Shown here piece by piece: positions 1-10,094 of a DNA stretch of 58,680 bases. The notes below the pieces were generated by a model. The model ran no database searches. It was not told where the DNA came from and saw only the letters and a program-made list of their open reading frames with translations. Location: the sequence record SRR20825006_2814, one strand, 5' to 3'. Within the stretch, counting starts at the first letter, position 1, and each line of letters begins with the position of its first letter. Position numbers and translations under genes: made by a program.

Positions 1-57
1 GGAGGGTGAATTTGTAGAGTAAGTGCCATTCGGCTTCCGCCCCGAGCTAAGGATGCC

Positions 58-113
58 GGCCCCGTCCGGGGCGAATGGGTGCGATTGCCCCACGGTGGCC
101 CCGTTCGGGGCGA
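58..113. repeat. Two copies of a 17-bp GC-rich palindromic unit GGCCCCGT(C/T)CGGGGCGA (REP-like)
   Basis: Copies at 58-74 and 97-113 differ by one base; each folds as GCCCC-loop-GGGGC; they lie just downstream of the AAA gene stop. Confidence 0.55.
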
Positions 114-129
114 TGGCGATCTGGCAGGG

Positions 130-1158
130 TCAGATGAGATCGTCGTCGTCATCGTCTTCGCGGTCGGGATGCAATGGATCGTCGGAATCAAAAAAGAGAT
201 CCGCCAGTCCTAATGGGACCGCGTCGCCACCGAGAGTGCGTTTGCGGCGCTCGGCGAGTGATTCTAGATCAACCGCTTCGTCACCCAGGCATTTTTCGAG
301 AGCTTCCTGCCAGGCGGCATCGTGAGCGACCGGGTGCGACGGGTTTTGCTTCATTCGCTTGATCGCGAATCGGAGCAGGTTGATTCCGTCTCGGGGTGAA
401 AAATCGAGTTTCAACTCGTGGGATCGCTGCAGGAAATCAACGGTCAGCGCCAGCATCTCTGGTTCGGCAAACGGCAGGTGGTACTGCAGGATGGCCATCT
501 CGTCTTGTTTGTTTGGAAACCCAACCTGCAGTGTCGGTTGCAGTCGACTGAGAATGTAATCGGGGATTTCAAATGTCGACTCGTCTTGGTTCATCGTCAC
601 TGCTGAACGGAATTCAGGTGACGCGGGAATCGTGATTCCGGCGACGATGGATTCCACGTAACGGCGGGTGTCGAAAAGCGGTGCCAGCGACGCCCAAGAC
701 TTTTCGTTCATCCGGTTGCCTTCGTCCAAGATGCAGACGCCGCCGGTGATCATCGCACTGACCAGGGGCGAAGCATGGTAGGCAATCTCACCACCGCGAC
801 TGAGCACGGGGGTGATCAACAAGTCTTCCGGTCGAGTGTCGGCGGTGCACTGGTAGATATACAGCGGCAGACCTTGACGCTTCGTCGCCGCGATCGCGAG
901 TTGCGTTTTGCCAACGCCCGGCGAGCCGATCAAACGCGGCGTCAGGGGGATGTCGGTTTCGTCCACCGTCAGCCAGCAGGCCAACAATTGCATCAGCAAT
1001 TCGTTTTGGCCAATCCAATCGCCTGCGGCCTCGTATGGATGAGCGAGTTTGAGTTCAACGCCACCAATTTGAACCACTTCCGGTTCGCGAGCAAAGCGAT
1101 CCGACTCGGAGTGTTTCGAGGAGCGTTCTTCAGATGGATTCGGCGAGGGCGAATTCAT
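130..1158 (-). CDS. AAA+ ATPase, MoxR/CbbQ/NorQ-like (AAA_5)
   Basis: Walker A GSPGVGKT, Walker B ILDEGNR, sensor TMN, Arg-finger-like ILSRL; acidic C-terminus. Confidence 0.85.
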   Translation of the reverse strand: MNSPSPNPSEERSSKHSESDRFAREPEVVQIGGVELKLAHPYEAAGDWIGQNELLMQLLACWLTVDETDIPLTPRLIGSPGVGKTQLAIAATKRQGLPLYIYQCTADTRPEDLLITPVLSRGGEIAYHASPLVSAMITGGVCILDEGNRMNEKSWASLAPLFDTRRYVESIVAGITIPASPEFRSAVTMNQDESTFEIPDYILSRLQPTLQVGFPNKQDEMAILQYHLPFAEPEMLALTVDFLQRSHELKLDFSPRDGINLLRFAIKRMKQNPSHPVAHDAAWQEALEKCLGDEAVDLESLAERRKRTLGGDAVPLGLADLFFDSDDPLHPDREDDDDDDLI

Positions 1159-1168
1159 GGAGTGTCCG

Positions 1169-2101
1169 TCAGGAGGCTTCGGTTTTGGGATCTTGTCCCG
1201 TCAAGTCTGAAGCATCGACGGCGCTTTCGCCACGCCCCATTGCATCCTGTTCTTTTCGGACGGCTTCCAAGATGGGGTCGATGTAGTTGTGCAGCGGGTG
1301 ATCGCTGAAGTGATCCACCCGAAAACGCTTGAGCCCTCGCAGAAATCCGTGCCAGCGGTCGCGTCGCTTTCGAATCATTCCCAGGTGGCCGATTCGTCCG
1401 TTTCGATTGATGTAGACCTCGGTTCCGCAGTGCCGATATCCCATCCACGCGGGTGGGACTCGTGTCACAATGTCGTTGTTGTTGACGTAACGGTAGTGGG
1501 GCAATTCGACGTAGTTGATGTAGCGTTTATCACCCACCCGAGGGCTTCCGTAGGTGAACAACCCGCGTGGCACGGATTTGATGTGAGACAAGTAACACCG
1601 TCCGGCACAAATGGTGGCCATCGCGCCACCGAGCGAATGTCCACAGAACCAAACGGGTTGTTCGTTGCCAACCAAAGCGGTTTCCAACATCGGCCATAGA
1701 TCGTCAACTTCGGTTTTGAAACCGCGGTGGACTTTGCCCGCCGTCTCGGCCAAAACCGATGCTGCATTGGCGTCCGCACGAATGTCATTCCATTCGTTCG
1801 GTTCGGTTCCGCGGCACGCAATGACGCAATCGTGGTCGTTGCGAAACCGGTAAGCTTGAGAACCGTCGTGATCAAAGAATGTGACGTCGGAAAAGCCAAC
1901 CATGGCTGCGGCGACGGTGGCTTCCCGCTCATCGTTGTAGGCGACCATTGCCAACTCGGCGAAGAGCAATGACTTTTGCAAGAACGTCATGTCCTCGATC
2001 GCACCTTTGACGTCGCTGTGCACGACGACAGGGACTTCATTGGGATCCTGGACGACGCCAGCGATGGGTTTCAGTTCCAGCGCATCAGACGGTTTGCTCA
2101 T
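1169..2101 (-). CDS. Lipase class 3 family protein
   Basis: IACRGT, VHRGF, GHSLGGA nucleophile elbow, [21 protein letters not shown]; start placed at ATG 2101 (ORF open to 2197). Confidence 0.88.
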   Translation of the reverse strand: MSKPSDALELKPIAGVVQDPNEVPVVVHSDVKGAIEDMTFLQKSLLFAELAMVAYNDEREATVAAAMVGFSDVTFFDHDGSQAYRFRNDHDCVIACRGTEPNEWNDIRADANAASVLAETAGKVHRGFKTEVDDLWPMLETALVGNEQPVWFCGHSLGGAMATICAGRCYLSHIKSVPRGLFTYGSPRVGDKRYINYVELPHYRYVNNNDIVTRVPPAWMGYRHCGTEVYINRNGRIGHLGMIRKRRDRWHGFLRGLKRFRVDHFSDHPLHNYIDPILEAVRKEQDAMGRGESAVDASDLTGQDPKTEAS

Positions 2102-2362
2102 CTGAATAACTCCATTTCGAATGAGAAGATCAGCGATCACATTGTGCCACACCCTTTGGCAAAGAGGGATAGGCGTGCGAATTTCAGCCAGGTGCAATGC
2201 AACATTTTCTCAGGGGCGTCACAGTCGCGATGGATCGCACTGCCTACCAGCGTGAATAGACCACCGGTTTTTGCATTTGTTGGCAGTTTGACCGCGTAGA
2301 AAAGGATCCGATCGATGGCGCTGTCGCGGGTGCGATTCACACCCGTTGCATTGTCAGACGGA

Positions 2363-3487
2363 TCAAACGCGACGCTGCTGCTTGCAGGCATCTTGCAAGC
2401 ACGCTTCGTAAGCATTCACCATGGCAGGCCAACCATAGCGGTCCGTCACTTCGCCCGCTTGGGCCGCGAGACGTTCCCGCAGTTCGGTTGACGTCAGGCA
2501 ATGAAGCAGTCCATCACGCAACGCAGTTTCATCGTTGGTCACAAGCCATCCGTTACGTCCGTGGTCGATGATCTGACGAACTGCACCGCCGGCGTCCACG
2601 GTCAAGACAGCGGTCGAGCAAGCCATGGCTTCGAGCAGGGCGGATGGGAATCCTTCATAGCGACTGGGGAGAACAAACCAATCCGCTGATCGGTAGACAG
2701 GCCAAATCGGACGCGTCCAACCTGGGAGCTTGACCCGCGGAGCAAGGTTCAATTTTCTAGCGAGCGATTCCAAGTCGCCTCGCTGGCTGCCTTCGCCATA
2801 AATCGTGAGTTCCCAATTTGGTGCATCGTTTGGCAATTCACTCAAGCAGCGAATCAAACGGTCAAAGCCCTTTTCATGTTCCAGTCTTCCAACTGCGACA
2901 AGACGGCAAGTTTCTTCGCCGGTGTCGGCGTCCCTTTCGGTGCGTTGTTCGACGGTTGAGTGGAACTCCTTCGGCACTTCAATCGCCGACGGAATGACAA
3001 GCGTATTACAACGTGTTTGTGATTGCAGCGTTGCCGCGACATCATCGCTCAAGCACACGACGCGGTATGCCTTGGGATAAAGTTGTCGACGAAAGAACTC
3101 GCGGGCTCGGCCGAGCGATTGATGTTTGGGATCGCTTCGTTCGCTGACCACCACCGGCACACCGAGACCTCTCGTTGCCAACAATGTCAGCCAATTGGTG
3201 GCGTCGCAGAACGAGAGCACCACATCGAAGTTTCCAGACGCGATGGTGGAACGAAGGCGAAGGGTTCGGGACCAAAGCGAAACGGAGTTTCCAGGCGTCG
3301 ACAGGACGTTGATGGAATGACGCGAGACGCGACGGTCGACTTCGTGTCGATCGTGTTTGCCATCGTCCAGCGTGATCAGCGTGACGGAGTGCTCGCGGTC
3401 TGCCAAGCGTGAAGCAAGCCCGGCCATCACGCGTTCGGCGCCACCCCCGTCGAGCGAATGAATCACGCAGGCAATTTTCATTTTCAT
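2363..3487 (-). CDS. Glycosyltransferase family 4 (GT-B)
   Basis: GGGAERV N-terminus, VGRLEHEKGFD, LPSRYEGFPSALLEAMAC (EX7E). Confidence 0.9.
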   Translation of the reverse strand: MKMKIACVIHSLDGGGAERVMAGLASRLADREHSVTLITLDDGKHDRHEVDRRVSRHSINVLSTPGNSVSLWSRTLRLRSTIASGNFDVVLSFCDATNWLTLLATRGLGVPVVVSERSDPKHQSLGRAREFFRRQLYPKAYRVVCLSDDVAATLQSQTRCNTLVIPSAIEVPKEFHSTVEQRTERDADTGEETCRLVAVGRLEHEKGFDRLIRCLSELPNDAPNWELTIYGEGSQRGDLESLARKLNLAPRVKLPGWTRPIWPVYRSADWFVLPSRYEGFPSALLEAMACSTAVLTVDAGGAVRQIIDHGRNGWLVTNDETALRDGLLHCLTSTELRERLAAQAGEVTDRYGWPAMVNAYEACLQDACKQQRRV

Positions 3488-3819
3488 CGGCGGGGTCGGC
3501 GTGATCGGGAGGCTTTTAAGAACAGCTTAGTAACAAGCAGGGCATCAGTGTCAGGCACCTCCAACCGGGTGACGCCCACCGAAGGATATTCGGCAACAGG
3601 CAAGGCTCGCCGATTTCCCCAAGCATTCCTTTGGTGAACGTTTATCACTCCTCGCAACGAAATGGCGACGTGCGGGGAAAATCTGGATCAGATTCGCGGA
3701 ATTATTCGGCTTCGGGCCGGTGGTTTGGATTGCAACGGTTGGCAGGGTGACTACGGTGGAATGTGCACGGGGGTGCTCACGATCGACATTTGCCAATTGA
3801 TCCAACCACACCTCTTTCA

Positions 3820-4407
3820 ATGAGAGAAAGCGAGCCAGCTATGTTGTCTCAGAAATTTGCCTTTTCGCGAGGTTCGAGTCGCTTGAAGCGATCGATTCAA
3901 CGCATTTTCTTGGGCGTCGCCGTTCTGGCTGGATGCGTGGCCTGCTCCGATGAAGCATCCGCTCAATCACCCTATGCATTCGGGTTTCAGCCATACGGTT
4001 TCTATCAGCCGTACGGATCGGTGTATCGATCCAACATTCCAAACCCGCCGTATTTCGCGACCAATCCACCGGTCTACTACGGCACCCGTCACTACCGTCC
4101 CTACGGTATCAGTCCGTTTGCGTCGCCACCGGTTGTCAGTCCCGGAGCTGGTTACCACAGCCAAGTGGCTCCGATCAATCAGCGTCGCGGTTATGTCGGA
4201 CCCGTTTCGAATCCTTACATCTGCAAAGCAGGTGAATCGTCGCCGCATTTGGTGACGAAGTCGAAATCAGGGTCTGAGAAAACAAGCGAACCATCAGGTG
4301 AATCCGAAGCCGCCACCACGTTGGTTGCAAGTTCGGCTGGGTTCACTCCCGGTGAAGTTCAAACCAACCCGTTCGTTTCGAGCGAATTGCAATTCGCTCG
4401 ACGTTAA
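3820..4407 (+). CDS. Hypothetical exported Tyr/Pro/Gly-rich protein
   Basis: Hydrophobic signal ending ASA-Q, then a PYxxGxQPYG...PPYFATNPPVYYG low-complexity region; start uncertain (3763/3820/3841). Confidence 0.65.
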   Translation: MRESEPAMLSQKFAFSRGSSRLKRSIQRIFLGVAVLAGCVACSDEASAQSPYAFGFQPYGFYQPYGSVYRSNIPNPPYFATNPPVYYGTRHYRPYGISPFASPPVVSPGAGYHSQVAPINQRRGYVGPVSNPYICKAGESSPHLVTKSKSGSEKTSEPSGESEAATTLVASSAGFTPGEVQTNPFVSSELQFARR

Positions 4408-4435
4408 ACATTGGTCGGCTGAACGGTTTCGGCGA

Positions 4436-5374
4436 TCAGACGCGGATGTTTTCTGCGATCCACTCGGGTCGCAGCAGCTGAATCATCAGGGCCTTTTGGG
4501 CGTGCATTCGATTGCCCGCCTGTTCGATCACGTCGCTTTGTGGGCCATCCATGACCGCGTCGGTGATCTCCTCGCCTCGCACGGCGGGCAAGCAATGCAG
4601 CACTCGAGCGGTCTTTGGGGCCGCCTCGAGTAGCTGTTCATTGACTTGGAAATTCTTGAAGGCGGCCCGACGAGCGATGGATTCCGCTTCCTGTCCCATA
4701 CTGGTCCAAACGTCAGTGTAGATCGCATCGGCACTTTGAACCGCAGCGATTGGGTCGGACGTTTGGTTCATTTTCGCGTTCGGATATTTCGCAAGGATCC
4801 GATCGAGCCATGGTTGGTCCAGTTCGTATCCGTCCGGACGCGCGAGCGTGAACTGAATGTCCAGCATGGCACAAGCGAGAGCGAGTGAACGCGAAACGTT
4901 GTTGCCGTCGCCAACGAATACCATGTGGCGACCTTTGACTTCGCCAAAATTCTCCAGCAACGTCAGCACATCAGCGATCGCTTGGCAGGGATGACAGAGA
5001 TCCGTGAGGCTGTTGATGATCGGAACGGCATTGTATTCGGCCAATTGTTCCACACGCTCGTGCGATTTCGCTCGGCATGCGACCGCGTCAACGAATTGAC
5101 CCAACACGCGGGTGAAGTCCGACGGAGATTCTCGCTTGCCCCAGCCGACGTCGTCGCCCAGAAACAAACTGCTGCCACCGAGGTGATTCATGCCGGTTTC
5201 AAAGCTGACGCGGGTTCGCAAGCTTGGTTTTTCAAACAACAACGCGAGCGTGTAGCGTTCCAAAATGGCGGGCCGTTCGCCCTGTTTCAATTTGGCTTTG
5301 AGGGTTTGTGCGGTTGCCAAAATCTGACGCAATTCTTGCGGGGTCAGATCAAAGAGTGTGAGCAAGTGTCGCAT
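4436..5374 (-). CDS. argF: Ornithine carbamoyltransferase
   Basis: [41 protein letters not shown] overlaps upstream stop (TGATG). Confidence 0.96.
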   Translation of the reverse strand: MRHLLTLFDLTPQELRQILATAQTLKAKLKQGERPAILERYTLALLFEKPSLRTRVSFETGMNHLGGSSLFLGDDVGWGKRESPSDFTRVLGQFVDAVACRAKSHERVEQLAEYNAVPIINSLTDLCHPCQAIADVLTLLENFGEVKGRHMVFVGDGNNVSRSLALACAMLDIQFTLARPDGYELDQPWLDRILAKYPNAKMNQTSDPIAAVQSADAIYTDVWTSMGQEAESIARRAAFKNFQVNEQLLEAAPKTARVLHCLPAVRGEEITDAVMDGPQSDVIEQAGNRMHAQKALMIQLLRPEWIAENIRV

Positions 5375-6894
5375 CAAAGTTTCTCCGTTTCCTCGTTGGA
5401 TTCGAACTCGTCCAGTTCGTTGCTTTCCAGTTCAGTTTCTTCTTGTTCGGTTTCGTGCTCTTCGTCTTCATCGCCGCCTACGACTTCGTCATCCGTTTCT
5501 TCTTCCTCAGCCAATTCTTCATCGGCCGTGTCGTCGAGTTCGTCCTCTTCGATTGCCTCATCGTCATCGTCTTCGTAGTCATCCAGCTCTTCGCCCGAAT
5601 CTTCCGCAGATGCAGCTTCATCGATATCCGCATCAAGCGAGCTGTCTATTGGCAAATCGTCGGTGTGGACTTCGTCCGCAGGTTCTGTCTCCGCATCCAA
5701 GTCGGTCGCATCCGAGTCGGTTGCCGCCGGGGCCGTTGCTTCTGGGGCCGCTGCTTCTGGGGCCGCTGCTTCCGTTGACTCTTGAGTTCCTTCCAACCCC
5801 GCCAGCACGGCATCGATTCGGTCGATCAGAGCTTCCTGATGTTCGCTCGTCATCAACAGTGGAGGCTGGAACAGCACCGAATGGTCGCTGCAAACATGGG
5901 CGTGCAGTTGTTCGGCCGCGGATTGTTCGATCCATGCTTGGGACTCGACGTCCAATTCTAGGATCACCGTATGCCCACAAGCGTGCAGGTCTCGGACGCA
6001 TCCGCGGGTGGCAATTCGTTCAGCAAGCGCGATGGCAAACGCGTCTGATTCCGTGGCGAGGGCATCCGTTTCGATCAGCGTCGACAATGCGGCGGAAACG
6101 AGGTGGCCGACCAAGTCACTGGATTGAGCGGATTTGTCGAGATGAGAGGCAAGCGATTTCGATAGAACCAACAAGCCGCCGGGAAGCTCGCCGACCAATC
6201 CGGCCGAAAGGATCACCGCGTCGGCGGAGACGCCGGCGACCATTTCGTGAGCAAAGAGATAACCGTTCCCGGCTGCGGGAGTGTCACCGTGGTCGATGAT
6301 CAACTGAGTGCCTGTTTCATCGCATCTTTGACGGCAGCGAGCCCACCAATCAGCGGTCAATGGTTGGCCGACTCCGCTGAAGTCCACCGGAGAAACCAAC
6401 GCAACTGCTGTTGAAGAGTCGATTCGGTCAACGAAGCGATCCGCAGACGCGTGCACAAAGCCCGGCAAGAGAGGCCACTCGTTGCCTCGCAGCGTTGGTT
6501 TCCCGCTCGCCATTCTGGCAAGGACGCTGCGTCCGTGATCGCTGCCAACCAAGCAAAGACACTTTAACGACGAAGCGTTGTCGCCGGCCGCATCATCCGA
6601 ATCATGGAGCGACTGATGATGTCGACGGGCTGCGATCAAAGCATGTTCGAGTGCTTGGTCTCGCGATGAAGTTGGAATGCAATCCGCAAGCGTCGAAGTG
6701 TCCGCATTGGTCAGCGTGCGAAGTTGCTCCGTGATCTTCGATCGCAGGCCGGCATCACCGCACCACTCAGGTTCATCCGCGAATTGACGCAATGCATCCC
6801 GGAACGAGTTCTCGCCGGTGGAAGAGAGCCGTCCCGCAATCGCATCGATCCAGTTGTCGCCGCGAGGTGCATTGCCGTTGCCGGACGCGTTCAC
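5374..6894 (-). CDS. Acetylornithine aminotransferase-like (class III) protein with degenerate active site and long acidic C-terminal tail
   Basis: Lies between argB and argF; remnants [36 protein letters not shown]-lysine position is Ala (6202-6204). Confidence 0.8.
5729..5773. repeat. Three tandem 15-bp units encoding [15 protein letters not shown]
   Basis: ggggccgttgcttct, ggggccgctgcttct, ggggccgctgcttcc. Confidence 0.85.
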
Positions 6895-7754
6895 TGGTGG
6901 ATCTCCGTGCCCACACCGTCGGTGGTGAAGATTTCGAGCAGCAATGAGTGACGCAATCGTCCATCAATGATGTGAACTTTCTGAACGCCACGACCGAGTG
7001 TTTCCAAACAGGCTTCGACCTTCGGGATCATGCCGGATTTGATCACACCATCGGCAATCAACTGGCGAGCTTCCTCGGCTGACAACGCGGGAATGATCGT
7101 CGCGGGATCTTCGGGATCTCGGCGAACGCCGTTGACGTCCGACAAGAAAACCAGTTTGTCCGCTCCTAATGATTGAGCGACCGCCATTGCGGCGGTGTCC
7201 GCATTGACGTTGTAAAGTTGTCCTTTGTCGTCGGTGCACAAAGAAGGAATCACGGCGACTTGATCGGTGTATGCCAAGCTTTCAATCACGTCGCGATCAA
7301 CCTCCGTCACTTCACCAACGAAGCCAAGGTCATCGCCTTCGGGATCGATCAGTTTCTTGCCCTTCAGAACGCAAGTGGTGCGGGGCGACAAGTTGACTGC
7401 GCGACCACCAAACCGTTCCATCATTTCGGTCAACTCGACATTCAGTTCTCCCGCGAGAACTTGTTCGACGACCTCCAACGATTTCTCGTCGGTAACGCGT
7501 CGCCCTCGGATGAATTGGGCTTCGATACCGGCTTTGGCCATCGCTTCCGTGATCGCTTTGCCACCGCCGTGAACCACGACCGGCCGCAGTCCAACTGTTT
7601 CCATGAAGATCACGTCCAACAGCAAGTGCTGCAGGGCTTCCCGGTCCTCAAGCAGGCTGCCGCCGAGTTTGATAACGGTCGTTTTGCCTCGAAAACGGCG
7701 GATCCAACCCATCGCTTCGATGAGAGTGTCGGCTTTCGCAATCGCTTGGTCCAT
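6891..7754 (-). CDS. argB: Acetylglutamate kinase
   Basis: [49 protein letters not shown]. Confidence 0.96.
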
Positions 7755-7824
7755 GAGCGGCGGGTGTCCCTGTTGGACGTAGAAAAAGGTTGGCGGAAGA
7801 GATCAATGACGGAAAAGATCGACG

Positions 7825-7860
7825 AAAAAAAGATGCCGGCGAGCGATTGCTGGCCGGCGT
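7825..7860 (-). terminator. Possible intrinsic terminator of the transporter gene
   Basis: GCCGGC...GCCGGC stem followed on the minus strand by a U7 run. Confidence 0.4.
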
Positions 7861-7925
7861 GGGCGAATTTCGTCGAGAATTGCTGGTCGGAAACCCGTCA
7901 AGTCTACGAATGGCCAACGAGCGGG

Positions 7926-9263
7926 TCAATCATGGCCGGCCGGTCGCCCACGTTGCTGCATTTCGGACTGCTGGCGACCGATCCGCATCCCCAGCAATCC
8001 GGCCAGGACCGCCAGCGGCAGGAAACCTGCGGCGATCGCAGTCAAACTCAGACCGTTGAACCGTAGTACCCCGAATAGTTGGGCTGACAGCACGTCGCCG
8101 CCTCGAACCACCGCCGTGTCCAGAAAACCCTTGGCTTGGTACAGCGTGCGGCGATCCACGACGGTGTACAGAATTTGAATCGCGGGCGCGAACACGGCGT
8201 AGCTGGACGCACGATGGACAACCACTAAAGCGACAATCCAGTGGAGGCTGGGCCAAAATGCCAACCCAGCGAAACCGACCACATAGATCAGCGGAAAAAC
8301 TCCCAAGACGATTGCCATCCCGAGCCGACGAAGTAACGCGGCGGTGCCGAGCAGTTGCACCGCCAACGTGAGACTCAGTACCCAAAGGTTGATTTTGGAT
8401 ATCAACGCGAAACGATCGGCCTCGTTCAAATTTGCTTCGCGAATGAAGTCTGCCTGTTCGCAATAGACCGTCGTGGCGCAGGCTTGAAGCGCCAACATGA
8501 ACAGACAGAGCCCGAGCAGATAGGGCGACTTCCAAACGGTCCGAATCCCAATCCACATCGAGTGCTTTTCTTTTGATGTGGCAGTCTGTTCCGTCGAGGC
8601 CAGTGCGGCGGTTTCGTCACTCGGTTTTTCAGCGGCCTCGTTTGCCCCATTTTGTGATGACAACGTTTTCGCGAAAACTCGGCCGCATTGTTGGCACAGT
8701 TCCAATGCAATGATGCCTGCGATCAGCACATACGAGATGTCGACTTGTTGCGAGAGCCAAGATGCGAACGCAGAACCGGCGATCCCGCCGATGGTTCCGC
8801 CCGCTGAGATGAACCCGAACAACCGCTTGGCTTGGTCGCTGCGATAGGCATCCGTAAAAACGCTCCACATCAATGACACGACGAACAGGTTGAAGACGCT
8901 CAACCAGACAAAGTAGACACGGCCGACCCAAGCGGCGATGTCTGGGTCGCTGACTTGCATCGCGAAAAAGAAGACCAGCAGGTTCAGTTCGAAGAATCGA
9001 TAGACACGGCTGACCAATCGCATGCCCCGTCCGCGGTTCGCGACGGACGCATAAATCGGAGAGGCAACCAACATGGTGAGGAAGCTAGCCAGGAACAGCC
9101 AGGGAATCTCATCGCTTCCGCGGGTGAAGGCTTCCGTTTCGCGAAGTGGCCGAAGCTGGTAGTAGCCACCCAGCAAACAAAAGAACCATGCCGTCGACCA
9201 AGCCAAAAGCCGGATCTCTCCTGGTCGAAAAAAATTGTCGCGCCATTGGCGTAGGCGATTCAC
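7926..9263 (-). CDS. MFS-fold transporter, ATP/ADP translocase (NTT/AAA)-like family
   Basis: About 12 TM segments; YYxLRPLRE, FNLFVVSLMWS, AKRLFG, KGFLDT..RGGD motifs. Confidence 0.75.
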   Translation of the reverse strand: MNRLRQWRDNFFRPGEIRLLAWSTAWFFCLLGGYYQLRPLRETEAFTRGSDEIPWLFLASFLTMLVASPIYASVANRGRGMRLVSRVYRFFELNLLVFFFAMQVSDPDIAAWVGRVYFVWLSVFNLFVVSLMWSVFTDAYRSDQAKRLFGFISAGGTIGGIAGSAFASWLSQQVDISYVLIAGIIALELCQQCGRVFAKTLSSQNGANEAAEKPSDETAALASTEQTATSKEKHSMWIGIRTVWKSPYLLGLCLFMLALQACATTVYCEQADFIREANLNEADRFALISKINLWVLSLTLAVQLLGTAALLRRLGMAIVLGVFPLIYVVGFAGLAFWPSLHWIVALVVVHRASSYAVFAPAIQILYTVVDRRTLYQAKGFLDTAVVRGGDVLSAQLFGVLRFNGLSLTAIAAGFLPLAVLAGLLGMRIGRQQSEMQQRGRPAGHD

Positions 9264-9787
9264 TCAGCGATCGCCGGTTGCGGTTCCAATCCTTCGTCCG
9301 ATTCGGCTTCGTCGGCAACGACAACGACTGCTTCTTCCGAGGATACCGATGGCCCGCGAACTTTTACAAAGCCCGAAATGCCGACGATAATCGCTGCGAG
9401 CAGAACGATTACCTTCAACCACTTTGCACGATTTTCGCGGATGCCGTTAAGAGCGGCGCTGCGGCCAACCAAAGCCGACGCGAGAAAGAAGATTGCGAAG
9501 GCGAGCAGCATTTTGACACCCAGCAAACCGTGGTACAGCCCATCGCCTTTGTGATTGGGGATCGCACGCATGTAGTTGTAAAATCCGCTGAGCAGAAACA
9601 GCAGGATGCCACCGTGAATAAAGCGTTTCCAGCGACCAGTCACCGCTTGGGCCAGTGTTTGATGGGCCTCTTCGGAAATCAATTTGGCGGAGGGCAGTAG
9701 CACCAACAGCATGAACGCTGACCCACCGACCAAAGTGATCGCCGTGCCGACGTGGATGATTCGTGATAGGACATCCAAAGCAAACAT
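9260..9787 (-). CDS. Four-TM membrane protein, CopD/DUF4149-like
   Basis: RIIHV...VGG, LLSG, YHGLLGVKMLL; stop overlaps the transporter start (GTGA); start placed at ATG 9787. Confidence 0.6.
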   Translation of the reverse strand: MFALDVLSRIIHVGTAITLVGGSAFMLLVLLPSAKLISEEAHQTLAQAVTGRWKRFIHGGILLFLLSGFYNYMRAIPNHKGDGLYHGLLGVKMLLAFAIFFLASALVGRSAALNGIRENRAKWLKVIVLLAAIIVGISGFVKVRGPSVSSEEAVVVVADEAESDEGLEPQPAIAE

Positions 9788-10094
9788 GATCGAGCCGATC
9801 GGGTGCGAGGTGCGAAGCGAAATTGAGTTCCAAACAATTTCATGGGCCATCGCCGGCTGGGCAACCCCACTGCCGAAACATGCTGGTGTCTCACGCCACG
9901 TCAATCGATAGACTGGTTATGCTGTCGCTGCCGTTTGATGTTTCTTTGTCGCCTGGCACACCTTCCTGATGCTTCCTTCCCCACCTCACCGCATCAATCG
10001 AATGCTCACTGCACTCATCACCGGACTTGGTCCGCAACGAGATCTGACCCTCTCGGGGCAAGTCTCGAAATCGTTGAACAACGAATCTTTGCCA

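Noticed and set aside
130-1158. Functional pairing of the MoxR-like ATPase with the vWA gene at 50942-53044
   Set aside because: About 50 kb apart, and the vWA domain is probably extracytoplasmic; no evidence of linkage
5374-6894. argD-like gene as a pseudogene, or its acidic tail as a LysW/ArgW carrier
   Set aside because: The frame is intact and coupled at both ends; the tail lacks the LysW zinc-finger cysteines and the C-terminal EDWGE
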